64,000 bases of DNA, taken from IMG/VR virus record IMGVR_UViG_3300037493_005286, positions 23,454-87,453 of that record, one strand, 5' to 3'. Under the pieces are notes generated by a model. The model worked only from the letters and a program-made list of their open reading frames with translations, made no database searches and was not told the origin of the DNA. The stretch's first letter is position 1. The number at the start of each line of letters is the position of its first letter. Source of the stretch: a virus. The position numbers and the translations under genes are program-made. Positions 56,102 to 64,000 of the stretch are shown here, in pieces.

Positions 56102-59010
56102 ATTATTAAGCTACCCGAAGCGGTAGTATACGTTGTGCCTTGTATTTGGTTAATTGATGTAAACTGATTTGTTGAAAAGTCTGTTGTTCTAATACTTTTA
56201 TTATGCTTGAAGTATTTACTATCAGTAAAGTTAACGACTCCCGCAACGTCAATATTAAAGGTAAAGTCAAATAGATGGAACAGATTGTTATTATCAGTAC
56301 CTGTATATGTTAATTTATACACATCATTTAAAGAATTATACGTAATAACCGGATTATTAATCTTAACTAGGCTGAAGTTGTAGTTATTTGTAAAGTATGA
56401 CTGTAGTGTAAATAGACCTGAAAGTGCACTAGCTTGATTCTTGAGCGGGAATACCTGTTTACTTATAAAGTCAGTAGTGCTATACTGGTATATTGTAGGT
56501 ATAAACACCTGGTTATTACCAACAGACGAACTTAATAAAGATACCGTACAGAAAGTAATCTTTTTATCTACCTCATTAAAGAATCTATTAGAGAACTTTT
56601 CAACCGCTGAGCTAGAAGCTCTAGTAACGTATGTATTTTTGGTATTAGGTGAGAAGAATTCACCGCCTTCATAGCGAATTTTATCAAAAACAACATAACT
56701 CGGTGTCTCAATACATATGACATCGTAGAATACCTCTAAATTGACAGGTGAGCTATAAACCTCCGATTTAACACTGTTAGAATACTTGGAGAATATCGGA
56801 TATAGCATAGATGAAATACCATACGAGGTAGTTAAGGTTTGATTTTTAACATAAATCTGACCTTGCAACCTATCTTTATATTTTTGTGCATTGTGAGTAT
56901 TATTACCTGTTAGCGTTGATAATACCGTAGCGCAATCTGGATCAACCCCTTCAAAATACCGTACATTATCCCGATAATTCATATCCTGCGCAAGCTCATA
57001 GTTAAAGGCAAAGAACCCACAGTCGTAATTTTGCGCTGCAGCTGAACTTAACGGAACATTTAATGTAAAATCTGCTGGTAAGGCTAATGTGCCACGAGTA
57101 AGTGGATTTACCGATGATATACCCCCGTCAACAAGCTCAGAATAGTAATATAAAGAATTTGCAGGCCATGTATTCAGGTCACCCTTTATAGGATCAGGTA
57201 ATGCTGTGTCATTAATGCTCTTAAACCCGTTACAGTCTCTATACTTAGCATATCTACAAGTACTATTTGCATTTTCTTGCTGTATTAACTCCGTATACGG
57301 TAAGAACTCCCTAAAATAGAGTGTCAGGGGTGATTGACCGTTATAGTCGAATGAAGATAGGGTGGAGCTAAACTCATCAACTACTGTATGTGTAGATAAT
57401 CCTGATCTGATTGTTATACCGTCAACACCTTCAGCACTATAGTCGAAATTATAACCTTCATAGTAATCATAAAAAACGTGACCATCTAAGAGTAGGTTAA
57501 GAACATTGTTGCTATTTAACGTTTCACGAGTTTTAAACGTTTCACCGAATTTATCTTTAAATAATGCGTATTCATTACCGTAGATATCGTATTGTATGCG
57601 TGTAATGAACCCTTCATTATACAAATCACTGAAATTTAAATCAATTCCGTTTTGTAGCTTGTTTCTATCTTGTTGTGTTGAGTAATAAGGTATAAATGAC
57701 TGTTCATCAGGTAAACCTGATGGATCTCCCCATGCTATACCACTGGATTGTGACTTTATTTCAGGTAGATAGTCATATATGTAAACTAATGGGTAATCTG
57801 CCTGATTATTTGCTAGTACATTACCATATATACTAGGATCCGGGTAAACATAAATCTTATTAAGGTCTAATTTATTAGAATCAACAACATATGTAAACTT
57901 ATTGGCATTTAATTGAAAAATACCTTGATTGTCTGGTTTAAAGAATAGTCCTAAATTACGTAATAGCTTACTTTGACCTGATTGAACTGCAGCTATATTA
58001 GCAGCTTGTAAGTTAGGGATATTCTTTGTAGGTGACTCTGATTTTACAAGTATACCTGAAACAGGTGACCCTGAAGTTGTGTCAATATAGTGTAAATCAA
58101 CACCTATAAACTTTTCCAGTAACCGCTTTTTAAGAGCTGATATCTCATCTGTAGATAATCCGCATTTTGGTTCACTCTGCGCGAATGTTAAAGGGTTGTT
58201 TGGTTCGCAAATTGGGTCAAACTGAAGTGATACATTAGCTATAAGTGGTATTTCAAGTAAGTAAGAAATATTTCCGAATAATTGAGTATAGCTATTACCA
58301 AAGAACAACTCTATATCGATAGGGTTAATATTAGCATCGTAGTACGTCTTACGAATAGCATCAACATCCTCTAAATCAGCTTTATTAACATCTTCCGGTA
58401 TATCGAAATAATTACCATAGATGTCTACATACTCCTCAACGTCAATCTTTAAGTTCTGAGCAATAGAAGAGAGTGTAACACCTAACGTATAGTATTGTGG
58501 GTCATCTTGTGCACCAAAAATATTCTTATATATGTTTTCGAATAACGCCTTTTCAACACTTAAATTTGTACCTTTGGATTTGTTCTTATCTATTGTATAC
58601 TTTGCATCATCACGAACACCTTTGTAGAAAATAACAATTTGTCTAATCTTATCAACAAAGAACGGCATAGCCACGTCAAGATCAACAGGATCGGTAAAGT
58701 CAAGTTTAGAGAGGAATTTCTTTTCTTGTGTAGTTGTATATGTTAATACAATCTCTTTAAGAAAGTCTATATAAAATCCTACAAAAGATACTTGTGTAGT
58801 GGTAGATACACTATTTTTTACCTCTGTCCATTTTTGTAAGTAAGTAATATAAAATTGATTATAATCTTCTGGGGTATAATCAACTTTTGTAGCGTTAATA
58901 AACTCTAAAAAGGAATATGGCTTTATATTATCCTTAGTATTAGTAGTTGTATCTGAGCTTGTAATTGAATTACTAACAGCTCCAGTACTATATGTTGTAA
59001 TTACTGGCAT
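56098..59010 (-). CDS. Large virion structural protein (baseplate-like, unassigned)
   Basis: 970 aa, first gene after TAAATA (59017-59022). Confidence 0.55.
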   Translation of the reverse strand: MPVITTYSTGAVSNSITSSDTTTNTKDNIKPYSFLEFINATKVDYTPEDYNQFYITYLQKWTEVKNSVSTTTQVSFVGFYIDFLKEIVLTYTTTQEKKFLSKLDFTDPVDLDVAMPFFVDKIRQIVIFYKGVRDDAKYTIDKNKSKGTNLSVEKALFENIYKNIFGAQDDPQYYTLGVTLSSIAQNLKIDVEEYVDIYGNYFDIPEDVNKADLEDVDAIRKTYYDANINPIDIELFFGNSYTQLFGNISYLLEIPLIANVSLQFDPICEPNNPLTFAQSEPKCGLSTDEISALKKRLLEKFIGVDLHYIDTTSGSPVSGILVKSESPTKNIPNLQAANIAAVQSGQSKLLRNLGLFFKPDNQGIFQLNANKFTYVVDSNKLDLNKIYVYPDPSIYGNVLANNQADYPLVYIYDYLPEIKSQSSGIAWGDPSGLPDEQSFIPYYSTQQDRNKLQNGIDLNFSDLYNEGFITRIQYDIYGNEYALFKDKFGETFKTRETLNSNNVLNLLLDGHVFYDYYEGYNFDYSAEGVDGITIRSGLSTHTVVDEFSSTLSSFDYNGQSPLTLYFREFLPYTELIQQENANSTCRYAKYRDCNGFKSINDTALPDPIKGDLNTWPANSLYYYSELVDGGISSVNPLTRGTLALPADFTLNVPLSSAAAQNYDCGFFAFNYELAQDMNYRDNVRYFEGVDPDCATVLSTLTGNNTHNAQKYKDRLQGQIYVKNQTLTTSYGISSMLYPIFSKYSNSVKSEVYSSPVNLEVFYDVICIETPSYVVFDKIRYEGGEFFSPNTKNTYVTRASSSAVEKFSNRFFNEVDKKITFCTVSLLSSSVGNNQVFIPTIYQYSTTDFISKQVFPLKNQASALSGLFTLQSYFTNNYNFSLVKINNPVITYNSLNDVYKLTYTGTDNNNLFHLFDFTFNIDVAGVVNFTDSKYFKHNKSIRTTDFSTNQFTSINQIQGTTYTTASGSLII

Positions 59011-59016
59011 TGATAA

Positions 59017-59049
59017 TATTTAATAAAAATACTGAGTTTTGATTAAATA
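59017..59049. promoter_or_regulatory. Divergent late promoters at a strand switch
   Basis: TAAATA on - (59017-59022) and on + (59044-59049). Confidence 0.6.
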
Positions 59050-59058
59050 TTAACGACT

Positions 59059-62000
59059 ATGCCTATTATTGTTACACACAATGGAAACTCTTTAAGCGCA
59101 ACAGCTGTATTTTTAAAATCTACTCCAATAGATGATAATCATGCAACAACAAAAGCATATGTAGATGAACAGATTGCTAAAGGTATACAAGTAACAGTAG
59201 CTGAAACACCTCCAACCAATCCAGCTATAGGTACAATTTGGTTTGATTCAGCTAACGGTAACACTTCAGTTTACTACGACTCTACTTGGGTAGATGTAGG
59301 TGGCGGCGTTACACTGCCTCAAGGTATAACTCAGGCGGATCTTGATGCTGCTAAATCAGAGCTTAACCTAGCAATAGATGCTGTTGAGGTAACAGTAGAT
59401 GCTATTGATGCAAAGATTGACCAAAAAATGCCGCTATATACAAATCTTCCAACCAACCAGATTGGAGATTTATCATATTTGGATTTAGATATCAAAGGTG
59501 ACTATAAAGGCGCACAATCTACAAACTATGAAAAGCCATATGTTCTTAAAGAGCGAAATGGTAATTTTGTTGGTATACGTGGAGGTTATAACGGTAAGTA
59601 TCGTAAGCAATTTTATTTTACCTCTCCTACAGATGAATTCCTTGCTAGTGATGTAGGCCTTACTGATATTGAATATCGGCCAAAGTTTTTAGCAGCAACA
59701 GAATATGTTTCCAACTTGATTGATGGTAACAGTGATGGATTCTGCGTAATCATAAGAAATACTGTAGACACTACTAAAAAGTTTTATTGGATCCGAGTAA
59801 ATAGTACAATGGATGCTTCAAAGCATACTTTTATAGATATAACTACATTATTTACAACATCAAGAGGTACTGGTGGCTCAGAAACATTCTCTAATAACTT
59901 TGATGCATATGTAGGTCCGTCAGCATCGGTTGTATATTGCCCAGAAAAGCAATATTGGATTGCAACAACACGCAGCTCCACAGAAGAAATAAGATTTTAT
60001 ATATTTAACAGCTCCTTTGTGCAACTAGGCACCTTTCTACAGGTAAATTTACAAGATGATGTTGATTACGGAACACTAACAGATGGGGGTACATATACAT
60101 TTATGTATACCGATCATACAAACCGAAACAACATACAATATGATTATGATGCGGCTACCAATGTATTGACAATAACAAACCTGGTGACTCTCGTAATTTA
60201 CTATACATCTAATTTAGCTGGTGGATTGTACAATTCAGCATGTACATTTAATTGTGGTACCAATGCCTTTGCTAGTGTATTTACAAATAAAACAAACGGT
60301 AAATATACGCCTAATGCATCTACTGGGTTTAGTAATCCTCAAGCATATGTTGCTCCTTTCTTCTCTGCAGTTCCATCATCATATGGAACGACTCCATACT
60401 ATTGGGCTGATATTAAACTTAGAAAATTTTACAACATTGGAGATGGCGTTGTAATTGAAACTGCTAAAGACCATGGGTGGGAGCCTACACATTTTAACAT
60501 AATTAAGCATACATTAGTATCCGGTAAGACATGGAAAGACTTTATATTAAATCCATATGCTAAAGGCGCCGCAGCATGCTCAACATACAGCACGCCTGGA
60601 GCCAATGTATACGGTGAACAGCTGCAGTATGTTGATGATGCATCGCTGCTTGGTAAAGATATCCGATTTGCTTCATTTATATCACCAAATCGGATATTGC
60701 TTAAAGCGCAATCAAAGACCGCAGCAGATGGTGCTCCAGTTAGACGACGCGTTATTGCGAAAATTGACGATATTACCGCTAGACAAACGATAGTAACTGG
60801 GTCTGATGGATTAGCTAGTCCATCTAGTGTTGTCAAAAGTACTTTACCTATTTTAGATAACCGTAATGATCTACATACCGTTGTAGATGCCAGCGGTAAT
60901 ATGCGTGTAAAAATATTAGACGGCGCTGTTTTTAAAGAATTAAACTGCGATACTGGTATTGGAACTGATGGTAGTCCAAGTACAGCATCAATAACAAATG
61001 CTAATGTATTTACATTACCAGCTAACTATACAACATTAATAAGTAATATAGTAAAAAGTGACAGCCTTAAAATTGGAAACGCTAATATATGGAGAAGCGG
61101 TGATCAATTAAATCTATGTGGTGTAAATTGGGTTGAATGGAATACAAATTATGATTGGCATATATATCACTTAAAAAACAATTCAGGCGGTGCTACATTT
61201 TTATTAGTATATGGTTACTATAGTTATGATGCTGCTACAACTACAGGTACGGTTAGGAGCTGCTATAAGATAATAAGTTATAGTTCAGCTGCTGCAGCAT
61301 TTACTTACGGTGCAACTGGTACTAAAATTGCCGACTGGACATCTATAAATGGAATTCCAATTAGAAATTTATGCGGTACAGACAGTGCAGCTGTTGAAGC
61401 AGCTGGAGGATACGCATATGGTGGTAATACTATGACATGTGGTATATATGATGATGATACCTACATTTCATGTATATTTAAAGGTATTGGCTGCGGTGGA
61501 CCAGGAACTAATACTTTACCTACAGCTGTAATTAAAGTACAATTATCTAACGGTACAATTATTAGTGAGAATAGTTACCTAACAAATATGCCAACCTGGC
61601 ATAGTGAAAGTCCGTGCATACACCCTACTTTTGGACCGTGTATTATACGTGCCCATGAAGATGAGATGACTAAAGTAAAGTTTAGATTTATAGATAATAT
61701 AAGTACAACAAATTTAGCTACTAGGCTCAATGCGTGTTTTAATACATTGTTTACTACGACAGCTCGTGATGGTACCTACTATAATACTGAAATAGTAAGT
61801 GTAGCTGATGCATCAAAGGCAAAAGATCTACACCTCTTAACATTACAAGCAGCTCAAGGCTTTAATGTATATACTTCAGAAATTCCGGTGTTTATGAATG
61901 GAAGTTATTATAAAATGACTCCTACTGCTTATAACACTGCATCAATCGTTAGTACACTAGGTGCGACCGTAGCATTGCCAAAATCACTTTACGCATATGT

Positions 62001-62445
62001 TGAACTTGTCAACAGTGCTCCAGTTTTAATATTTAATAAAACCTTTATACCAAATACTGCTACATTAACTTATGTTGGCGAAATACAAACTGATGGTGTA
62101 AGAATTATATATTCAAAGTTTGCAAAAAGTTCAGACTTTACTGGAGCAAACCAAGATTTGCAAGGTACAGAAGGCTACCAAAAATTACCAGGTGGTTTAA
62201 TTTTACAATGGGGAACATATACATCACCTGCAATAAAATTAACATGGGGGTCCCCAGCAACTATAACATTGCCGTTAGCATTTCCAAACCGTCTATTATT
62301 TGCAACAATAAGTGATGATGGTCATGCGATAAATGGTACCGAGTTAGCCCAAATGGATTTAACATCTGGTAATACAACATTATCTCAATTGAGTATCTAC
62401 ATAACATATGTTGGAAAAGCTCAATGGTATGCAATAGGTTACTAA
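59059..62445 (+). CDS. Long tail fibre / receptor-binding protein
   Basis: N-terminal ATTKAYVD and PPTNPAIGTIWFDS..VYYDSTWV; C-terminal GYQKLPGGLILQWG...LPLAFPN...WYAIGY fibre tip domain. Confidence 0.85.
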   Translation: MPIIVTHNGNSLSATAVFLKSTPIDDNHATTKAYVDEQIAKGIQVTVAETPPTNPAIGTIWFDSANGNTSVYYDSTWVDVGGGVTLPQGITQADLDAAKSELNLAIDAVEVTVDAIDAKIDQKMPLYTNLPTNQIGDLSYLDLDIKGDYKGAQSTNYEKPYVLKERNGNFVGIRGGYNGKYRKQFYFTSPTDEFLASDVGLTDIEYRPKFLAATEYVSNLIDGNSDGFCVIIRNTVDTTKKFYWIRVNSTMDASKHTFIDITTLFTTSRGTGGSETFSNNFDAYVGPSASVVYCPEKQYWIATTRSSTEEIRFYIFNSSFVQLGTFLQVNLQDDVDYGTLTDGGTYTFMYTDHTNRNNIQYDYDAATNVLTITNLVTLVIYYTSNLAGGLYNSACTFNCGTNAFASVFTNKTNGKYTPNASTGFSNPQAYVAPFFSAVPSSYGTTPYYWADIKLRKFYNIGDGVVIETAKDHGWEPTHFNIIKHTLVSGKTWKDFILNPYAKGAAACSTYSTPGANVYGEQLQYVDDASLLGKDIRFASFISPNRILLKAQSKTAADGAPVRRRVIAKIDDITARQTIVTGSDGLASPSSVVKSTLPILDNRNDLHTVVDASGNMRVKILDGAVFKELNCDTGIGTDGSPSTASITNANVFTLPANYTTLISNIVKSDSLKIGNANIWRSGDQLNLCGVNWVEWNTNYDWHIYHLKNNSGGATFLLVYGYYSYDAATTTGTVRSCYKIISYSSAAAAFTYGATGTKIADWTSINGIPIRNLCGTDSAAVEAAGGYAYGGNTMTCGIYDDDTYISCIFKGIGCGGPGTNTLPTAVIKVQLSNGTIISENSYLTNMPTWHSESPCIHPTFGPCIIRAHEDEMTKVKFRFIDNISTTNLATRLNACFNTLFTTTARDGTYYNTEIVSVADASKAKDLHLLTLQAAQGFNVYTSEIPVFMNGSYYKMTPTAYNTASIVSTLGATVALPKSLYAYVELVNSAPVLIFNKTFIPNTATLTYVGEIQTDGVRIIYSKFAKSSDFTGANQDLQGTEGYQKLPGGLILQWGTYTSPAIKLTWGSPATITLPLAFPNRLLFATISDDGHAINGTELAQMDLTSGNTTLSQLSIYITYVGKAQWYAIGY

Positions 62446-62453
62446 AAAAAATT

Positions 62454-62825
62454 ATGAATTATTATTCAAAAACAACAGGCGGATTTTATAAACCTGAGAT
62501 TCATGGCAATGGCATACCTGCTGATGCTGTAGAAATTTCGGATGAAACATATCGTTCATTGTTTGCTCTGCAAGCTGAAGGCAAACAAATTGTATCTGAT
62601 GCTGATGGTTATCCTATTGCTATAACTCCACCAATTATTGCACCTACGTGGGAGCAAATCAAAGCGCAACGCGATACATTATTACAACAATGCGATTGGA
62701 CTGTATTACCTGATTCACCTGTTAGCGATCAATCCGATTGGTTAACATATCGCCAAGCACTGCGTGACATTCCTCAAGATTTTGCAACACCAGAAGAAGT
62801 AGTCTGGCCAACAACGCCTCAATAA
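62454..62825 (+). CDS. Tail fibre assembly chaperone
   Basis: YYSKTTGGFY..IPADAVEIS..QAEGKQI..GYP and RDTLLQQCDWTVLPDSP..WLTYRQALRDIPQ..VVWP. Confidence 0.9.
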   Translation: MNYYSKTTGGFYKPEIHGNGIPADAVEISDETYRSLFALQAEGKQIVSDADGYPIAITPPIIAPTWEQIKAQRDTLLQQCDWTVLPDSPVSDQSDWLTYRQALRDIPQDFATPEEVVWPTTPQ

Positions 62826-62833
62826 ATAATATT

Positions 62834-63865
62834 ATGAAAGCCGATTTTCCAAGTTCTCCAGCAGTAGGAGCCATATATACCGCGAATAATGTAATATGGA
62901 CATGGACTGGTAAGCAATGGACCAAAGTTTATATAACTAGTGTAAATGCAGTAACAAAAGCTTATGTAGATACTTCAATAAGCAATTTAGTTAATGGAGC
63001 AGGCCCTGCTTTAGACACACTTAAAGAATTAGCTACAGCTCTCGGAGATGATGCATCATTTTCAACAACGGTTACCAATTTAATAGCAGCTAAAGCACCA
63101 ATAGCATCGCCTACATTCACGGGTACCGTTGCTGGCATTACTGCTGCTATGGTTGGTCTTGGTAGTGTAACCAATACTAGTGATGCGAATAAGCCCGTAT
63201 CAACCGCTCAACAAACTGCATTGGATGCTAAAGCACCAATAGCATCACCTACATTCACGGGAACCGTCACCTTACCTTCAACTGCTATTACAAATAATTT
63301 ACAAGCAGTAACAAAAGCATATGTAGATACTCAGTTGTCATCAGCAACATCTGGTGGCACAACAAAAACCTACGTAGATACACAAGATGCTCTTAAGGCT
63401 AATATAGCATCACCTACATTCACGGGTACCGTTGCTGGCATTACTGCTGCTATGGTTGGTCTTGGTAATGTGACAAATACTAGTGACACTAATAAGCCCG
63501 TATCAACGGCGCAGCAAACGGCATTGGATTTAAAAGCAAACCTTACCGGTGCAACATTTACAGGTGCTGTTACTGCACCGTCATTCAACTCAACATCATC
63601 TATTAGATTTAAGGAAAATGTTGCTCCAATCAATGATGCTTTAAGTATTGTTAATAAATTACAAGGTGTTACATTTGATTGGAAAGCAAGCGGACAATCT
63701 GATATGGGTGTTATAGCCGAACAGGTTAATGAAGTTGTGCCGCATTTTGTAAGTAAAGATGAAACTGGTACTCCACAAGCTGTTGAATATGGTAAGTTTA
63801 CTTCTATTTTGATTGAAGCAGTAAAGCAATTAGCTAAGCGTGTAGAAGAACTTGAAAATAAATAA
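62834..63865 (+). CDS. Tail fibre with internal repeats and C-terminal S74 chaperone
   Basis: ALDTLKELATALGDD, ASPTFTG repeats, TSSIRFKENV...GVIAEQV...LIEAVKQL; TAAATA at 62823-62828. Confidence 0.9.
   Translation: MKADFPSSPAVGAIYTANNVIWTWTGKQWTKVYITSVNAVTKAYVDTSISNLVNGAGPALDTLKELATALGDDASFSTTVTNLIAAKAPIASPTFTGTVAGITAAMVGLGSVTNTSDANKPVSTAQQTALDAKAPIASPTFTGTVTLPSTAITNNLQAVTKAYVDTQLSSATSGGTTKTYVDTQDALKANIASPTFTGTVAGITAAMVGLGNVTNTSDTNKPVSTAQQTALDLKANLTGATFTGAVTAPSFNSTSSIRFKENVAPINDALSIVNKLQGVTFDWKASGQSDMGVIAEQVNEVVPHFVSKDETGTPQAVEYGKFTSILIEAVKQLAKRVEELENK
63101..63529 (+). repeat. 126 bp direct repeat (63101-63226 and 63404-63529) plus a partial third copy (~63227-63267)
   Basis: 11 mismatches in 126 bp by manual alignment, with one 55 bp identical run. 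Confidence 0.9.
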
Positions 63866-63871
63866 GTTTAT

Positions 63872-64000
63872 ATGGCATCAGACTATACAGTCAACGGAGT
63901 TGATTTAGACACTATTTTTAAAGCGCGGTCATCCACAAAACGGGCTGACATTGGTATTAAAGTAGGTGGTGTAGATATATCTAATCGGTATGAACCAACC
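63872..64000 (+). CDS. 5' part of a late protein following the S74 fibre (possible tip/adhesin); truncated by window end
   Basis: MASDYTVNGVDLDTIFKAR... open to the end of the window; TAAATA at 63859-63864. Confidence 0.55.
   Translation, partial: MASDYTVNGVDLDTIFKARSSTKRADIGIKVGGVDISNRYEPT

Noticed and set aside
63101-63529. Repeat pair as DGR template/variable repeat
   Set aside because: Mismatches are not confined to adenines of one copy, both copies are in frame in one gene, and no reverse transcriptase is present in the window.
1-64000. Alternative genetic code, tRNA genes, CRISPR array
   Set aside because: Conserved genes are full length under the standard code with TAA, TAG and TGA stops; intergenic gaps show no cloverleaf or regularly spaced repeats by eye.

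Overview
AT-rich segment of a large T4-like (Tevenvirinae/Kyanoviridae-type core genes) myophage genome, standard genetic code. About 3.4-25.8 kb is a + strand replication/recombination module (uvsY, uvsW, gp55 late sigma, gp47/46, PolB gp43, uvsX, gp41, gp32, gp45-like clamp, RNase H, gp61). It contains two glycosyltransferases, an atypical QueC and a free-standing class II glutamine amidotransferase, and is interrupted by head-on late genes and two probable homing endonucleases. About 28-33.5 kb and 46.6-64 kb encode virion and tail-fibre proteins, one carrying autotransporter-associated (PATR) repeats that hint at a Verrucomicrobia/Planctomycetes-type host (inference). Between the tail-fibre blocks lies the most striking feature: a ~13 kb, 17-gene tailoring island with three radical SAM/SPASM-twitch enzymes, an amidinotransferase, two PLP enzymes, two NDP-sugar SDRs, a PIG-L deacetylase, two glycosyltransferases, two Fe/2OG oxygenases and a VirK-like protein. 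Two promoter classes are visible by eye (TTGAWW-N16-TANNNT and late TAAATA), usually 5-9 nt from the start codon, implying largely leaderless mRNAs. There are also several candidate operators/hairpins and a possible ~50 nt late small RNA. All family calls come from motif recognition only; no database search was run. No tRNA, CRISPR array or reverse transcriptase was seen.
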